64,000 nucleotides of DNA, taken from the NCBI RefSeq assembly GCF_030144855.1, contig NC_082706.1:36022001-36086000 (forward strand). The letters are read 5' to 3'. This document shows, one piece after another, positions 1-12,329 of this stretch. A program made the translations under genes and the position numbers. Positions within the stretch are counted from its first letter, which is position 1. Each line of letters opens with the position of its first letter. Source of the stretch: Hypanus sabinus (lineage: Eukaryota). The notes below the pieces were generated by a model that was not told where the DNA came from, searched no databases, and saw nothing but the letters and a program-made list of their open reading frames with translations.

Positions 1-1390
1 AATTTGGAACAAGAGAGGATCTTGAAACCTCTCTGACATGTCTTTATGAAGTTCTCCCGGGTGGGCACAGCGTACTTGAAGATCATCATCTGGTATTCCT
101 TCTTTCTCTTCCAACTCGGAGAGGCTTGCAAATTGCAAAAGGTCATGATGGCCAATGTTGCATTTAAATAGGGTTAACTTGGACAGAAACGTGGAGTCAA
201 TTGATTTGAATTTGATAGGAATCATATAATTGTCTTGCAATTGAAGATAGATTTCATTAAACAATGAATAATTCTGACAAATAAGCAATATCATGCCAAA
301 TATTCCTGAGTTGATTACTGAATGAAGCACTCGAGCCTTCAAAGACATTTATCACAGTTTCATAAAGCGCATAAAAGCATCTCATCCAGTTTTCTTATGA
401 AGCCATCTGACTTCTGGGTAAAACAGCAAGCATTCAAACCGTTCATCCTTCTCAACAGAAAGCTGTCGAAATAGTCGAGAATTGAGGAGAGCATGGGACT
501 TGATTTTACTTTATTTGCTGCTATGATAACAGTATTTAGTGATTTGTTCAACTGATCAGATAGTTTTTTGTGAAAAGATATTGTCTGTAAATTCCACAGT
601 GAATGGTAAATATGTTAGGTACGGCTATTTTAAAGGAAGTAATAACCCCACATTAGTGTCCTGTCATTGGTGGTGCCCCATCTGTTGCATATGCAAAAAT
701 GTTAGTGAGCTGTATGTCCTTCTCTTTGAAAATTTGCTTAACAACCCTAAATATTGACTCTCCCTTCATATCTGTTTGAACAATGCTTTCACCTTTTATA
801 AGCAAACACAACCAAGAAACCAAGGTCTGTTGCCTGGCGAAGTTGACTCATCCAACTGCAGAGCAAAATCTGTTGGCCTAAGTATATTGTACAATCTGTC
901 CTCCACATCCTCAGATGTTTCATCTATTCATCTTTGAACAGCATTGCTGCTGAGTGGAATTGCTTCAATTATTTGGTCAGGCGACTTGTGCAAAACTGTA
1001 CTCAGAACCTCCCTTACTGATGGCAGAATGAGTTCTTCTCCAATTGTCTGGATCTTCTAGATTTAGCTATTAGGAATGAAATGTTGTATGAAGCACATAA
1101 ACCATCACTGTTTTGTTGTGAAGTGCTGGCAAACATCTTTTGAAGTGTTTTGTTTCTGAAAGTTTTCACAAAGTGACTGAAAATAGTTTGCTTTATTAGA
1201 GAGTATTTTCTTCACATGTTCGAGGAGCCGGGACGGTTTCATTGCCTCATTTGACAAAGCTTCTTTCAAACAACTGACACGTTGGGTGCTGTTGGTTGCT
1301 TGGTGCTGGTATAAATCCATATCTCAGATACTCCACACTCTACTGTCTACACTTCGTTTTCATTTGGTCTGCTTCTGCTATTGTCATTAT
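1..1390 (-). mobile_element. Decayed hAT (Buster/Charlie-type) DNA transposase fragment, intronic in the nucleotidase gene; runs off the window start
   Basis: Minus-strand reading with stops and frameshifts: KCRQ*SVEYLRYGF, LSNEAMKPSRLLEH, IGEELILP, IPLSSNAVQR, FALQLDEST, ATDGAP. These are typical Buster/SCAND3/ZBED5-family motifs. Confidence 0.85.
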
Positions 1391-2542
1391 GATTAATTGT
1401 TTAAGTCCAACCTCAAGCTCTGTGATCAATAAAGGGGAAAGTTATGACATCATCATAGCTCAGGCAAAATCTGATTCTCTGCCTGAAGTGGGGCAGCGAC
1501 ATCTTGGTTGGGCTGTAGGCTAGAGAAGAGTGGTCAAGACCATTTGAAAGGGCAGATTATGAATTTTACCCCATTGAATGCTGTCACCTGATTCACAGGA
1601 ATTGCATCACTGGAGCACAATTAGAGTATGGCAATCACACTAGCTAACATTGCACTACAATAGTGAATGGCAATAATGCCATGGGCCAGGCCCAGAAATA
1701 ACACTTCTGCAGCCCAGATTTCTCATGATATGCCAGATACAGAAGTGCCACATTGCACTTTGCTCTTGAACAACTGTAAAGCACTTTAAGCAAAGTCTGA
1801 GAGAATGGGGATTTGCAAGCGATAAGGTGATAACATGATCATTGTAATCAATTAAGGATCAAATGCTTGTAATAAGTAATTTATTTCTTAAATTAAGCCT
1901 GTAATCCCTCAGCTGCCTCCCCTGCTATTGAGTTCCCACCCCCACTGCCCCCTTTATCTTTGTTGATCCCTTAGGGACTCCCACCACTCCCAGTTGGGGG
2001 GGGGGGCGACATTGTGTAGATGCTCCATTTGCAAAATTTATTCAGCATTGTGGTCAGGTCATAAATGGAGCAGTTTGTACAGATCTAGGCAAAGTGTTGT
2101 GGCATGGAGGAGGGTAACTCGGATGATTGATACCATGGAGTCTACTTTCTTTATGATTAGAGGGAGATTATTTGTGAGTACTCCCTATGTAGGCACATAC
2201 AGTAGAGAAAGGAATAAGGAAAGTAAGGCCAGAGCAAGACTTTCCAACACAGCAGAACAATGGAAATGATGATACTGGAGAAGTGTAGATCAGATATCAA
2301 ATGACTAAATTAGGGGGTGGGTCAGCCGGTAGAATGAAGGGTAAGGAAGGGTAAATGGGTTGTTTTCAGGAAAAACTGCATATAATAATAGTACACCTGA
2401 CTTCTGTGAGAACAAGGTGAAAAGGTTTGTCATCAACACAGCTGTTGAGTGAGGGTGTGAGAACTTGGCGGTGTCGTGCTGGAGGGAATTGCATTCTTCT
2501 TTCTTTACCAGTAATCCGATCTACTTTTCCACATATTTCCAG

Positions 2543-2719
2543 GTGGTGACCCATGAGATGGACATGTGCTACGGAAAGATGGGAAGCTTGTTGCGGTGTG
2601 GTTCCAGACAGACCCTTTTTGCCAGCCAGTTGTTGCGCTATGCTGACCTGTATGCTGCCTCGTGTATAAATCTCTTATATTACCCTTTCAGTTACCTGTT
2701 CCGAGCACCTCCTGTACTG
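2543..2719 (+). CDS. NT5DC4: Internal exon of a cytosolic purine 5'-nucleotidase paralogue (NT5C2-like, probably NT5DC4)
   Basis: ttccag|GTG...CTG|gtatgt, 177 bp, phase 0/0. Encodes [59 protein letters not shown], the conserved cN-II C-terminal segment. Residues RCG, SQL and C-x-N, plus the neighbouring genes, favour NT5DC4 over NT5C2. Confidence 0.9.
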
Positions 2720-3449
2720 GTATGTCAAGCATTCTCTCACAGACTCTATTAAATAATCATTACCTGGGAACTTGAGATTAAAAGGACAATTCATTGGTCC
2801 AGTGCCCTACAGGATCACAAACATTCATAACTCTTAACTGGAATCTACGGCAGATGGATTGATTCTCTGTATGAAATGTTGCATAGACCCAAGTGGGCTT
2901 TGGGAGCTACAGTGACTATGACTTGGGGTTTTGGGATGGGAGTAGGGGTAGAACACATAGTGGAAGGGAAGGTCTGCACTGTGGATGATTTTATTAATGC
3001 AGAGAATGTGGGTTGTCCTTTCAGCCTCAAGTTCCCAAGTAATGATTATATATACTAACCACGCCAGCATTAATGTCTCTCCCTGTCTCCTCCTGCACTG
3101 AAGGGATGGTGGAGAGTTAACCACTTCGCTGATTTTGGAATCACATCCAGGTCTGAGGGGAAGACAGTAGATGTTCCCTGAAATATAGCAGTGTCCGAGA
3201 TGGGTGTTCTTGACATACCAATACTATTTTATGACAGTCCGATTGATTCATTGATTAAACTTGAACTTGAAATAGTTTGAGTCTAAAATAATATTTAAAT
3301 TCCAAATTTTTATTTATAACATATAATTCTTCAGCTGTTGTGGAATTTGTACTTTGCCTTTTGGATTAGTTGTCCAGAATCCACCTTCTATTCCAGTAAA
3401 GTAACCATTACACTACAATTCCTCTTTGTCATAAATCTTCTAACCTATT

Positions 3450-4380
3450 TCAAGTTTATCATCATTCAACCATGTACATATATACTGACGAACAAAACAG
3501 CATACCTCTGGACCAAGGTGCACAACCCAGTGCACGTACTGTAGCTCACACACAATACATAAAGTAATATTACCAGAAATAAATGAGCAAATAATAAGGT
3601 GCATTTACAACACAAGTTAAACAGTTTAACACTCCTGGAGCTTCATACATGAGGAGACCTGGTTTGTGGCAGGGAGTTCAGTAGTCTCACAGCCAGGAGG
3701 AAGAAGCTGCTTCTCACCCTAACATTCCTTGTCCCGATGCTACAGTACCTTCTGCCAGATGGTAGTTTGTGAGTGATATTGCTGGACGGATAGAGGGGGA
3801 TTGTTAACAACGCTAAGGGCCTTGCACATGCAGTCCTCCTGATAAATATCTCCGATAGATGGAAGAGAGACTCCAATGATCCTCTCAGCAGTCCTTGCAA
3901 TCCTTTGTACGGTCTTGCAATCAAATGCCTTGCAATTCCTGTCCCAGACGGTGATGCAGCTGGTCAGGACACTCTCGGTGGTGCTCCTGTAAAAGTTAGT
4001 TACAATAGGTGGTCGGGGGGAGCTTCGCTAGCCTCATTCTCCTCAGAAAGTGGAGATGCTGCTGTGCGTTCTTGACTAAAGAGGTAGCATTGAAGGACCA
4101 GGTGAGATTATCCGTTATGTGCTCTCCCATTTGGGATTTAATGTGATCCGCACCAGCTGCTCGAAGCACTTTATTGTCGTTGAGATCATTGCGGTTGGAC
4201 AGTAGTCATTAAAGCAGGTTACTGTCATCTTCCTGGGCACCAGGATGATGGCGACTGCCTTGAAGCCTACAGTGACCGCGGACTGCTCCAGTGACTTGTT
4301 GAAGCTGTCTGTTAGAATCTCTGTTACCTAGGCTGCACCGTCCCTCAGCACCCAACTGAGCATGCTCCTGGGTATTTTAA
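3450..4380 (-). mobile_element. Rex1/Babar LINE fragment (internally deleted RT plus 3' end)
   Basis: LPSGRRYCSIGTR...SFFLLAVRLLNS C-terminal motif and an NDY.P.A...IKCFEQLV-type RT motif on the minus strand. Confidence 0.75.
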
Positions 4381-4529
4381 AGAGAGACAGATGGACTATT
4401 GGATGTGAAGGGTTTCTTGGGATTGTACAACAGGAAGCCAGTTGGCCTTGGAGGAGTGGCAAATGCACTTTATTACTTGTTAATAATAATGTACAGGTCT
4501 GTTATGAAACATGTTTTATGGCACGTTTT

Positions 4530-4820
4530 ATCGGGACAGTGCAATATATAAAAAGTTACTAGAGGTTGCAATAAGAAATATTAAAAATATAAATAAATTG
4601 TGTAAAAAAAGAGAGCAAAAAGTGAGGTATTACTCATAGGTTCATGGTCCATTCAGAAATGTGATGTTGGAGGGGAAGAGGCTGTCCCTAAAACATTAAG
4701 CATGTGTATCTATCTCCTCCTGACAGTAGCAATGAGAAGAGGGCTTTCTTGGAAATGAGGGTCCTTAATTATGGACATCACCTTCTTGAGGCATCGCTTA
4801 TTGGAGATGCCCTTGACGGA
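4530..4820 (-). mobile_element. Rex1/Babar LINE 3' fragment
   Basis: RCLKKVMSIIKDPH motif followed by an AT-rich 3' UTR; similar copies at 11255-12020, 58290-58520 and 62800-63330. Confidence 0.65.
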
Positions 4821-4829
4821 CTGAGATCG

Positions 4830-5580
4830 CAGTACGAGAAGGAGAGAGGGGGAATAAGACAGAGACCACAGAGTGATAGGTAACCGAGAAATGACAGGAA
4901 AATGGAACAGGATGGGGGAAGGAGAGCAGTGGAGTTGAGAGACAGAGGCAAGTGAGTGATCAGTCAAAGAAGACAGAAAGGAAAAGAGTAGATGGAGCCA
5001 GGTGAGGAGAACAGAGGACAAAGGTGAAGACAAAGGTTGGAGGTTGATAAACAGAAACACAAAGTGCTGGAATCTGATAAGTAAGAAAAGTGATGATGCA
5101 AACCATTGGGGAGAGGTGAAGGGCAAATGGATCTAGTCAGGGAGGAGATACACAGATGGAATGTAGTGGGTAGTTGGTAGATGGGTCAATGGGAGGAACA
5201 AAATTGGTGTAGGGGAGTGATATGGGTTAAAGAACAAAAATCGGAAACTGGAGATGGATGGGGAGGAGCACTGGGGTGAGCTGAAATTAGAAAATTCAAT
5301 ATTCATACCATAGAGTTGTAGACCATGAGATGTTATAACTCTTGTTTGCATTGGACCTCACCCTGACAGTGGAGGAAGCCAAAGAAAGACATGGCTGTGC
5401 GTGATTGAAATGGTATGCAGCCGGGAGTTCAGAAAGGCCAATGCCTACAGACCATGGGTGCTCTGCAAACCTGTCACTTAATCGGTGCTTAGTCTTAACA
5501 TTGTAGAAAGGGCCACAGAGTACTGGCTGCAGTAAGTACGCAGTACAACACCTCATATTCTGCCTGGGTAGATAGAGGTT
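4830..5580 (-). mobile_element. Penelope-like element fragment (GIY-YIG endonuclease end plus pyrimidine-rich 3' region)
   Basis: KTKHRLSDRFAEH...YHFN motif and a long C/T-rich tract on the minus strand. Confidence 0.7.
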
Positions 5581-5639
5581 GAAAGAATTCCTTTCTCCCT
5601 GTTTATCTGTCTCCACTGCATCTGCTATCAGGTTGAAGG

Positions 5640-6410
5640 CCATCCATTCTAAGACATGTTAAGTATCTTCCTTTTTTGTGGCTTTCCTGCTGTGATTGAT
5701 GGATCCCCCTCTTGCATTTTCTGCGCTTCTGCACTTACCTCGATGTGCCCTTCCCCTATTCCCCAGAAAGAGAGCTCCCCTAATCCTCATCTTTCACTCC
5801 ATGGGCCTCCACACCCAGCATGTTTCTGCCTGCTGCAACAAGATCCTACCACCATTCACACCTTCCCCTCCCCTTCCCCTTTCCATCTTCCACAGAGACC
5901 GCTCCTTCTGTATCTTCCTGCTCCAATTATCCCACCCCACCCAACCCTTCCTGCCTCTTGGTACCCTGCAACCACAGGAGTTGCAACACCTGCTCTGACA
6001 TCATTATCAAGGTACCTAAACAGCCCCCCTAGGTGAAGGATAGATTAATTTGCACTTCATCCAACCTCATCTACTGCATTCACTGCTGCCAGTGTTGCAT
6101 TCTCCACATTGGGAAACCAGGTACAGACTAGGTGACCATTGGGAGAGCACCTGTGCTCTGTCTACTATAGACTTTGTGACTCTGCTTATCACCTACCATC
6201 CTCTGTGTTCACCCTCACCCTCCCCTCTTTCACCTACTATCACCTTTCGCCCCTCCTTGGTCCATCTACTTCTTGGTCACCCCTTGGTCCTTGTTTCACC
6301 TCTCCCTTCTTCCTCTTCCCTCTCAGCCCTCAATGCTACTGCAGATTCTCAACCTCAAACCTCAACGATTCCTTCTTCCCCCACCCCACCACCCCAACAT
6401 TGACCCAATG
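5640..6410 (+). mobile_element. Penelope-like element fragment (RT C-terminus/linker and GIY-YIG)
   Basis: Frameshifted PLILIFH, LQQDPTT, FHRDRS, PCNHRSCNTC, CTSSNLIYCIHC and IGETRYRLGDH motifs. Confidence 0.75.
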
Positions 6411-6525
6411 AGTTGCTCCAGAATTTGTTTATTTGCTCTCGAACCTGAGGCTTGGCGTCGGCTGCCCAGCTCAGAGTACGCCTGTGCAGATTGTTGATTA
6501 CTGAGAGGTTGTTTCCTTTCTGCAG

Positions 6526-6660
6526 ATGCCCCATGAATCAACAGTTGAGCAAATCCCTCTGGATATCAGTGATATGGATGGTTTCTTAGAGAAGCATAAG
6601 AACCACTTCCAGACAGCTAGTGAGAACCACCAGGTCAGTCGATTCCCTCTTAAAGAGAAG
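6526..6660 (+). CDS. NT5DC4: Next exon of the NT5C2-like/NT5DC4 gene; 3' end uncertain (donor after 6633 or 6660, or read-through to TAG at 6700-6702)
   Basis: tttctgcag|ATG CCC CAT GAA gives MPHESTVEQIPLDISDMDGFLEKHKNHFQTASENHQVSRFPLKEK, continuing ...PVL|MPHESTVE as in cN-II. Confidence 0.85.
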
Positions 6661-7559
6661 GTGAGTGTTGGTATTTCCTCCTCAAGAGAGGTGGCTTTGT
6701 AGCTTATCCTCCACAATTGATTCCTGTCTCTCTCACCATTTTCCATGGAGGTCCTTGGATCTCATCCAGGGAAGAGAGGCTCAGTATCACTTCTTGCTTT
6801 GCTCCTTTCCCACAACTGGGGAGGTCAGTCCCACCTTCACTTTCCACTCAGTGAGATCCTTGCAGAATTACATACTCCTGTTAGATAATGTGCTCTTTTT
6901 CACTGTTTCTTTGAGATTACATTGCATGCTGTTAAGACTAAATTTCTCTTTGCCCAATATTTAGGGTTCTTGTAACAGTTACGGATTTGATGTGAGCATA
7001 GAGGAAGAAGAGAAGTAAAAACAATCAGGTTCCTGATGCTGTTAATTAATTGGTCCATTGGTTTTGAGAAACATTCCCCGATTTTCAGAGGTGACTCCAA
7101 AAGTAACAAATCTGCAGTGAGCTTGGATGATGTCCATGATCCAACAGGAACACTGATCCTCTACATTCATTTTATGGCTGTAAACTCTGTGACCCAGTGA
7201 TCTTTTTTTATCCTGAAAGTTTTCACATTACAACCGGTGACTCAAGTTGACCAAAGTGCTGTTCCAGAAGCTGGCACGTTGGCCATCAGCATTGTACGAA
7301 AAATGTTTACTGTAAAATTATAACCAGGGTAGGCTGATAATTATTAAGCAACTTGGTCTGTATTCACAATCTTCCATAAGATTGTTGTGAAGGAATTTTC
7401 TGGGCATACTCTTGCTTCCAAAGTGAATATTGCATCGTCTTGCACCTTTTTGAAGGAAGAAATGCCTTAGTTGGGCAAATGTGGGTTTAGGAAGAAATAT
7501 TACAAAGAAGTGGAGTATGGAGACCTGTTCAACCTGTTCATACCTCAATAATTCCCGCT

Positions 7560-7790
7560 AGGTTCGATCACTCACTACACACTAGGAACAATTTACTGTT
7601 ACCGATTAACTTATTAACCCGCACATATTGGAGATGTGGGGGTTGGGGGAGGCTGGAACAATCAGTGGAAAACCTGTCACAAAGAGAACGTGCAAACACC
7701 ACATAGACAGCACCGGAGGTGAGGATTGAGCCTGGGGTGCTGGTACTTTGAGCCAGTGGCCTTACTTAGCTGTGCCACTGTTCTGTCCTT
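7560..7790 (-). mobile_element. tRNA-derived V-SINE/HE1-type SINE; related copies at about 18360-18570, 19310-19510, 21720-21840, 46870-47065 and 60450-60590
   Basis: Recurring core gagaacgtgcaaactccacacagacagcacc...ggattgaacc... (reverse-complement B box) shared across the copies. Confidence 0.7.
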
Positions 7791-9599
7791 ATGTTTCCAA
7801 CATAATGATTATCTGATATAGTTGAACACAAATAAAATTAAATCAGAGAACATTGGGAACAGTCAGCTTATGCAGTGTCTGTGGAGTGAGAAACAGAGTT
7901 AATGTTGAATTTTCTGTTTCACTCTCCTGACCTGCTGAGTATTTCCACTATTTAATGATGTTTCGGATCATTAAATAGTCGTTTGATTTTTGGTAGCTCG
8001 ACATGGATTCAGCTTGTAATGTCAGAAAAATACTCGGTGACACCGTGCAGTGGGGGCTCCCAAGAACTGATTCCCTCTCAGAAATCCCACCAAGGATTAA
8101 TTTTGGAACCTGTAAAGCAGTCTCTTTAAACACTCAATACCTGCCTTCAAAACAGTAAATCGAAAAAGGCACATTTCTCTGAGGTCAACCCTTGCTGCCT
8201 GTGTAACCCAATTATTCCCATATTTACTCCCCCACATTGAGTTACCCCAGCTTTACAATTCTCAACTTATCTTCAGATCCTTTCATGGTCTCACCTTCTC
8301 TCTATTCTGCAGCCCACCAAGATGATGATTTTGGCTCTGCAGTCAGCTCCCGTCTTAGCCAATTCTCCCTTAAATATCTTTCCACTCCACTTCTCTTTCT
8401 ACTATGAAGCTCTTAAAAACCTACTTCTTCAACAGAGTTTTCGATCACCTGCTCTGGTATCTCCTCACACGACATGGTGTCAGATTTGTTCAATGTGAAA
8501 GACTTTGGGGCGTTTTACCACTTTTAAGTGCAAGCTGTTATAGTTGTAATATCACTGAACTCTAGAACACAATACACAATCACCAAACCAGTAACATCTA
8601 CATTACATGTGGCATTTGTCGAGGAGACAAATTTGAAGGAAACTTTTTCCTGGCAGAAGCAGGGTGGGTTGAATAATGATGTCACAGCAAGTACTATTTT
8701 CCCTGGTTTCTGTTTATGAGATATAAGGCAATGATTAGGATGCTTGGTAGCAAACAAATTCAACCATTTTCCATTTTATGGAAGACTGATGTGCTTCTGA
8801 TTGTTTGTATGTTACTAGAACTGTTGATATTTAATTGTGCTGAATATAATTATAAGATCATTTTTCAATTAAAAATATTTTTAAAATCTCACATTTGAAT
8901 TATTTTGAGTTATTTTGGATTAAATTATTTTATTCTCTTCATTCAAGGTCATTAAAATCAATGCTAAAGCAGGCAGATGTTAATTTCATGCTATTTTGCA
9001 GACTGAGCTAATAACAAAAGTGGAGAACATTTAGCCTTTTAACTTCCATTTCCATCATTCAAGTAGTTTATGGCTGATAACTGTTCCACAACCTCCTCGG
9101 GCAATTGTGATAGGCATTTAGAGAATATTACTTCCTTCTCAGCACCCCTAAGAAACCTATTTATGTGATATGGGGTGAACACAAATGCAATTCAACCACA
9201 TAAAATGGCAGAAAATTCCTGATATTGCCATCTCACACATTAACAGATGGACTTCTTTATAGGAATTTAGTTATGGCTGGGATAACCAAAAGTCCAAAAT
9301 CAGCATGTCTCAGAATCAGCTCGTGTGAATTGCTGGATCCATGAAATGGCTAAATAAGCTGCATTGAGGAAATAAATACCACAGAATTCTCTTCTGGAAA
9401 GGATAATTAAGAACCCAGTACCCTGCTTGGATAAAATGGTGAACCCTCCACATGTGGCTCTCTGTTTAAAGCCAGTTGGTGTCTTTCGAATAATGTTGTT
9501 CGGGAGAGTTCCACAACAAGGGGAGATACTGAATTCGATACAGTTTTGTTCAGGTATTTTCCACATTGATAGAGAAAGTTTGAGTTAATGTTGCAGGTA

Positions 9600-9990
9600 C
9601 CATAAGATATGTGAGCAGAATTAGGCCATTTGGCCCATTGAGTTTCTGCCATCCCCTTTTAATTTATTATCCCTTTCAACTCCATTCTCCTGTGTTCTCC
9701 CCATAACCTTTGACACCTTTAGTAATCAACAACCCATCTACCTCCACGTTAAATATACCCAATGACTTGGCCTCATCTCTGTTCCAACGGGACATCCTCC
9801 TATTTCTAAAGCTGTGATCTGGTCCTAGGCTCCCCCACTATAGGAAGCATCCTTTCCACGTTCACTTTATCTAGACCCTTCAATATTCGATCAGTTTCAG
9901 TGAGGCCCTCCCACTATTCTTTTAAACTCCAGCAAGTACAGATCTAGAACAATTAAATACTCCTCATACTACATGTTAATCCGTTCAGTC
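9600..9990 (-). mobile_element. CR1 LINE 3' fragment
   Basis: gagcagaattaggccatt... terminal motif and degenerate ORF2 C-terminus. Confidence 0.75.
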
Positions 9991-10439
9991 CTGGGTACAG
10001 TAGTCCTTGCAATAATATGTAGCTAAATGAAGTAGCTATCTTTACCTATTTTTAAAATACCAGATTATCCCCAGATGATTTGTACTGGCATTTGCATGAA
10101 TTATTTGCAAGACATTTTCTACTCTGATAACAGGGAATGCAATAGAAATCCTGTGCGTTAATTTTGATGATTGGAATCTTTTGCCCATGCAGGTGTATAA
10201 AAACAAGAAGGTTTGGGTTTAGGTATGAAGAAGGGTTTTTGAAAGTGATCTGAGGTTTATTTATTTCTAAAGAGGATGTGTGATATCTTCAACATGCTGC
10301 CAGAGGGAAGTGGTGGAATCAGATACAAGATACAGACAGACATAAACAGATAAAGAATAGAAGGATATAGTCCTACTGTGGGAAATGGGATTAGTGTAGA
10401 TGGACAGAAAGGAGACCATGAAAGTGGGATTTGTTTCTA

Positions 10440-11075
10440 TGCTGCAGGTACCCGAGGATGCACCTGGATGACAGACTTGTGTGGAGCACCAACACAGAGG
10501 CTGTGTACAAGAAAGGCCAGAGTCACCTCTACTTCCTGAGGAGATTGAGGCCATTTGGAGTATACAGGCTTCTCATTCACAAGTTCTACTACTCTGTTGT
10601 TACCAGTACAATCTTCTATGCGGTGGTATGCTGGGGCAATGGCATCAACACGGGTGATGCCAACAGGCTCAATAAACTGATTAGAAATGCTGGCTCTGTT
10701 GTTGGAGTCAGACTGGACACACTGGAGGCTGTGGTAGAATAAAGGACCCTCCAGAAAATCCTGGCAATTCTGGACAATGTTTTTCACCCTCTGCGTGCCA
10801 CCTTGGCTGAACAGGGGAGCACTTTTAGTAATAGTAATAGACTAAGATAACTGCACTGCTCCAAAGCGCTATATGAGGTCATTCTTACCCTCGGCCACTG
10901 GGCTCTATAATGAGTTAATCTATAGGGAGGTGATGACCCCCTTCTGTTAGACTGTTTGAGGTAACTTTTTTAAATCTTTCTTACTCTTCTAATGTTTGTA
11001 TATTTGTGCACTTGTAATGCTAATGTGATATTGTAATTTCCTTTGGGGTCTATAAAATATCTATCTGTCTATCTA
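10440..11075 (+). mobile_element. Rex1/Babar LINE, 5'-truncated
   Basis: HLDDRLVWSTNTEAVYKKGQSHLYFLRRLR...FYAVVCWG...RLNKLIRNAGSVVG, ending in a (tatc)n tail. Confidence 0.85.
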
Positions 11076-11254
11076 TAACTGTAAAAGATTCCATGGTACT
11101 CTTTTACAGAGAGTGAAGGAATTATTGCTTGATGGCCTGGCCAATCAAAATTACTAAATACATTTCATTAGATGATTATCTAATTGCTGAATATGGGCGT
11201 AGTCTCTATGCAAAGTGCCACTGCTCTTCCTAAATTGCCATTATAATACTTGAG

Positions 11255-12020
11255 AATCAGAATCAGGTTTAATATCACCAGCATATGTCATGAAATTTGT
11301 TAACTTAGCAGCAGCAGTTCAATGCAATACATAATAATATAGGAAAAAATAAATAAATTGGTAAGTCAATTACAGTATATATACAGTGTGTGTGTGTGTT
11401 TATTAAATAGTTAAATTAAAAATTGTGCAAAAACATAAATAATATTTTTTAAAGGTTGGGTAATGTTTAATGTCCATTTAGGAATCGGATGGCAGAGGGG
11501 AAGAACCTGTTCCTGAATTGCTGATTGTGCGCCTTCAGGCTTCTGTACCTCCTTCTTGACAGTAACATTGAGAAGAGGGTATGTCCTGGGTGATGGGGGT
11601 TCTTAATAATGGACACCGTTGAGGCATCACTCCTTGAAGATGTGTCTTGGATACTACAGAGGCTACAAGGTGGAGCTGACTAATTTTACAACTTTCTGTA
11701 GCTTTTGATCCTGAACAGTAGCCACCCCCCCCCCCCCCCATACCAGACAGTGATGCAGCCTGTCAGAATGCTTTCCACGGTACATCTGTAGAAGTTTTGG
11801 AGTGTTTCAGGTGACAAACCAAATCTCCTCAAACTCCTAATGAAATATAGCCACTGTCTTACCTTCTTACCTTCTTTATAGCTGCAGTGATACGTTGGGA
11901 CTAGTTTAGGTCCTCAGAGATCATAAAATCTAGGAACTTCAAGTTGCTCACTCTCTCCACTTCTGAACCTACGATGTGGATTGATTTGTATTTCCACGTC
12001 TTACCCTTCCTGAAGCATGT
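11255..12020 (-). mobile_element. Rex1/Babar LINE 3' fragment
   Basis: (aatcag)n tail, then reverse-strand YFIRSLRRFG / FYRCTVESILTGCITVW-type coding remnants. Confidence 0.8.
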
Positions 12021-12329
12021 AATGTGCTCTAGGATGCTATCAAAGAGTGTGAAAGATGCCATTTAAAACCCCCCTCTTCCTTTCCTTCCTGTTGCTTTTA
12101 CTTGATTCCAGCCTGTTCACATTGATTGGGCCACAGGTCAACATTGTGTCCTTGTTCTAATAAAAGAGTATTTTCATTGTTCCAGTCTTTATTAGCAGAA
12201 GAGTCTGCACCATCCCCAACTAGCCTGGGTAGGAGGTGCACATTGTTAAATAACACTTCTCAAATCCTTTTCATAACAGTCCAAAGCATTTTACTGCCAA
12301 TTGAGTACTTTTAAAGTTTTTTTTACTTC

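Noticed and set aside
8311-8500. Open frame after ctattctgcag as a terminal nucleotidase exon
   Set aside because: Resembles an old L2 3' end (ttaaaaacctacttcttcaac) and has no similarity to cN-II.
10191-10222. Short candidate terminal exon VYKNKKVWV*
   Set aside because: Plausible acceptor, but no homology support and adjacent to LINE debris; cannot be supported without transcripts.
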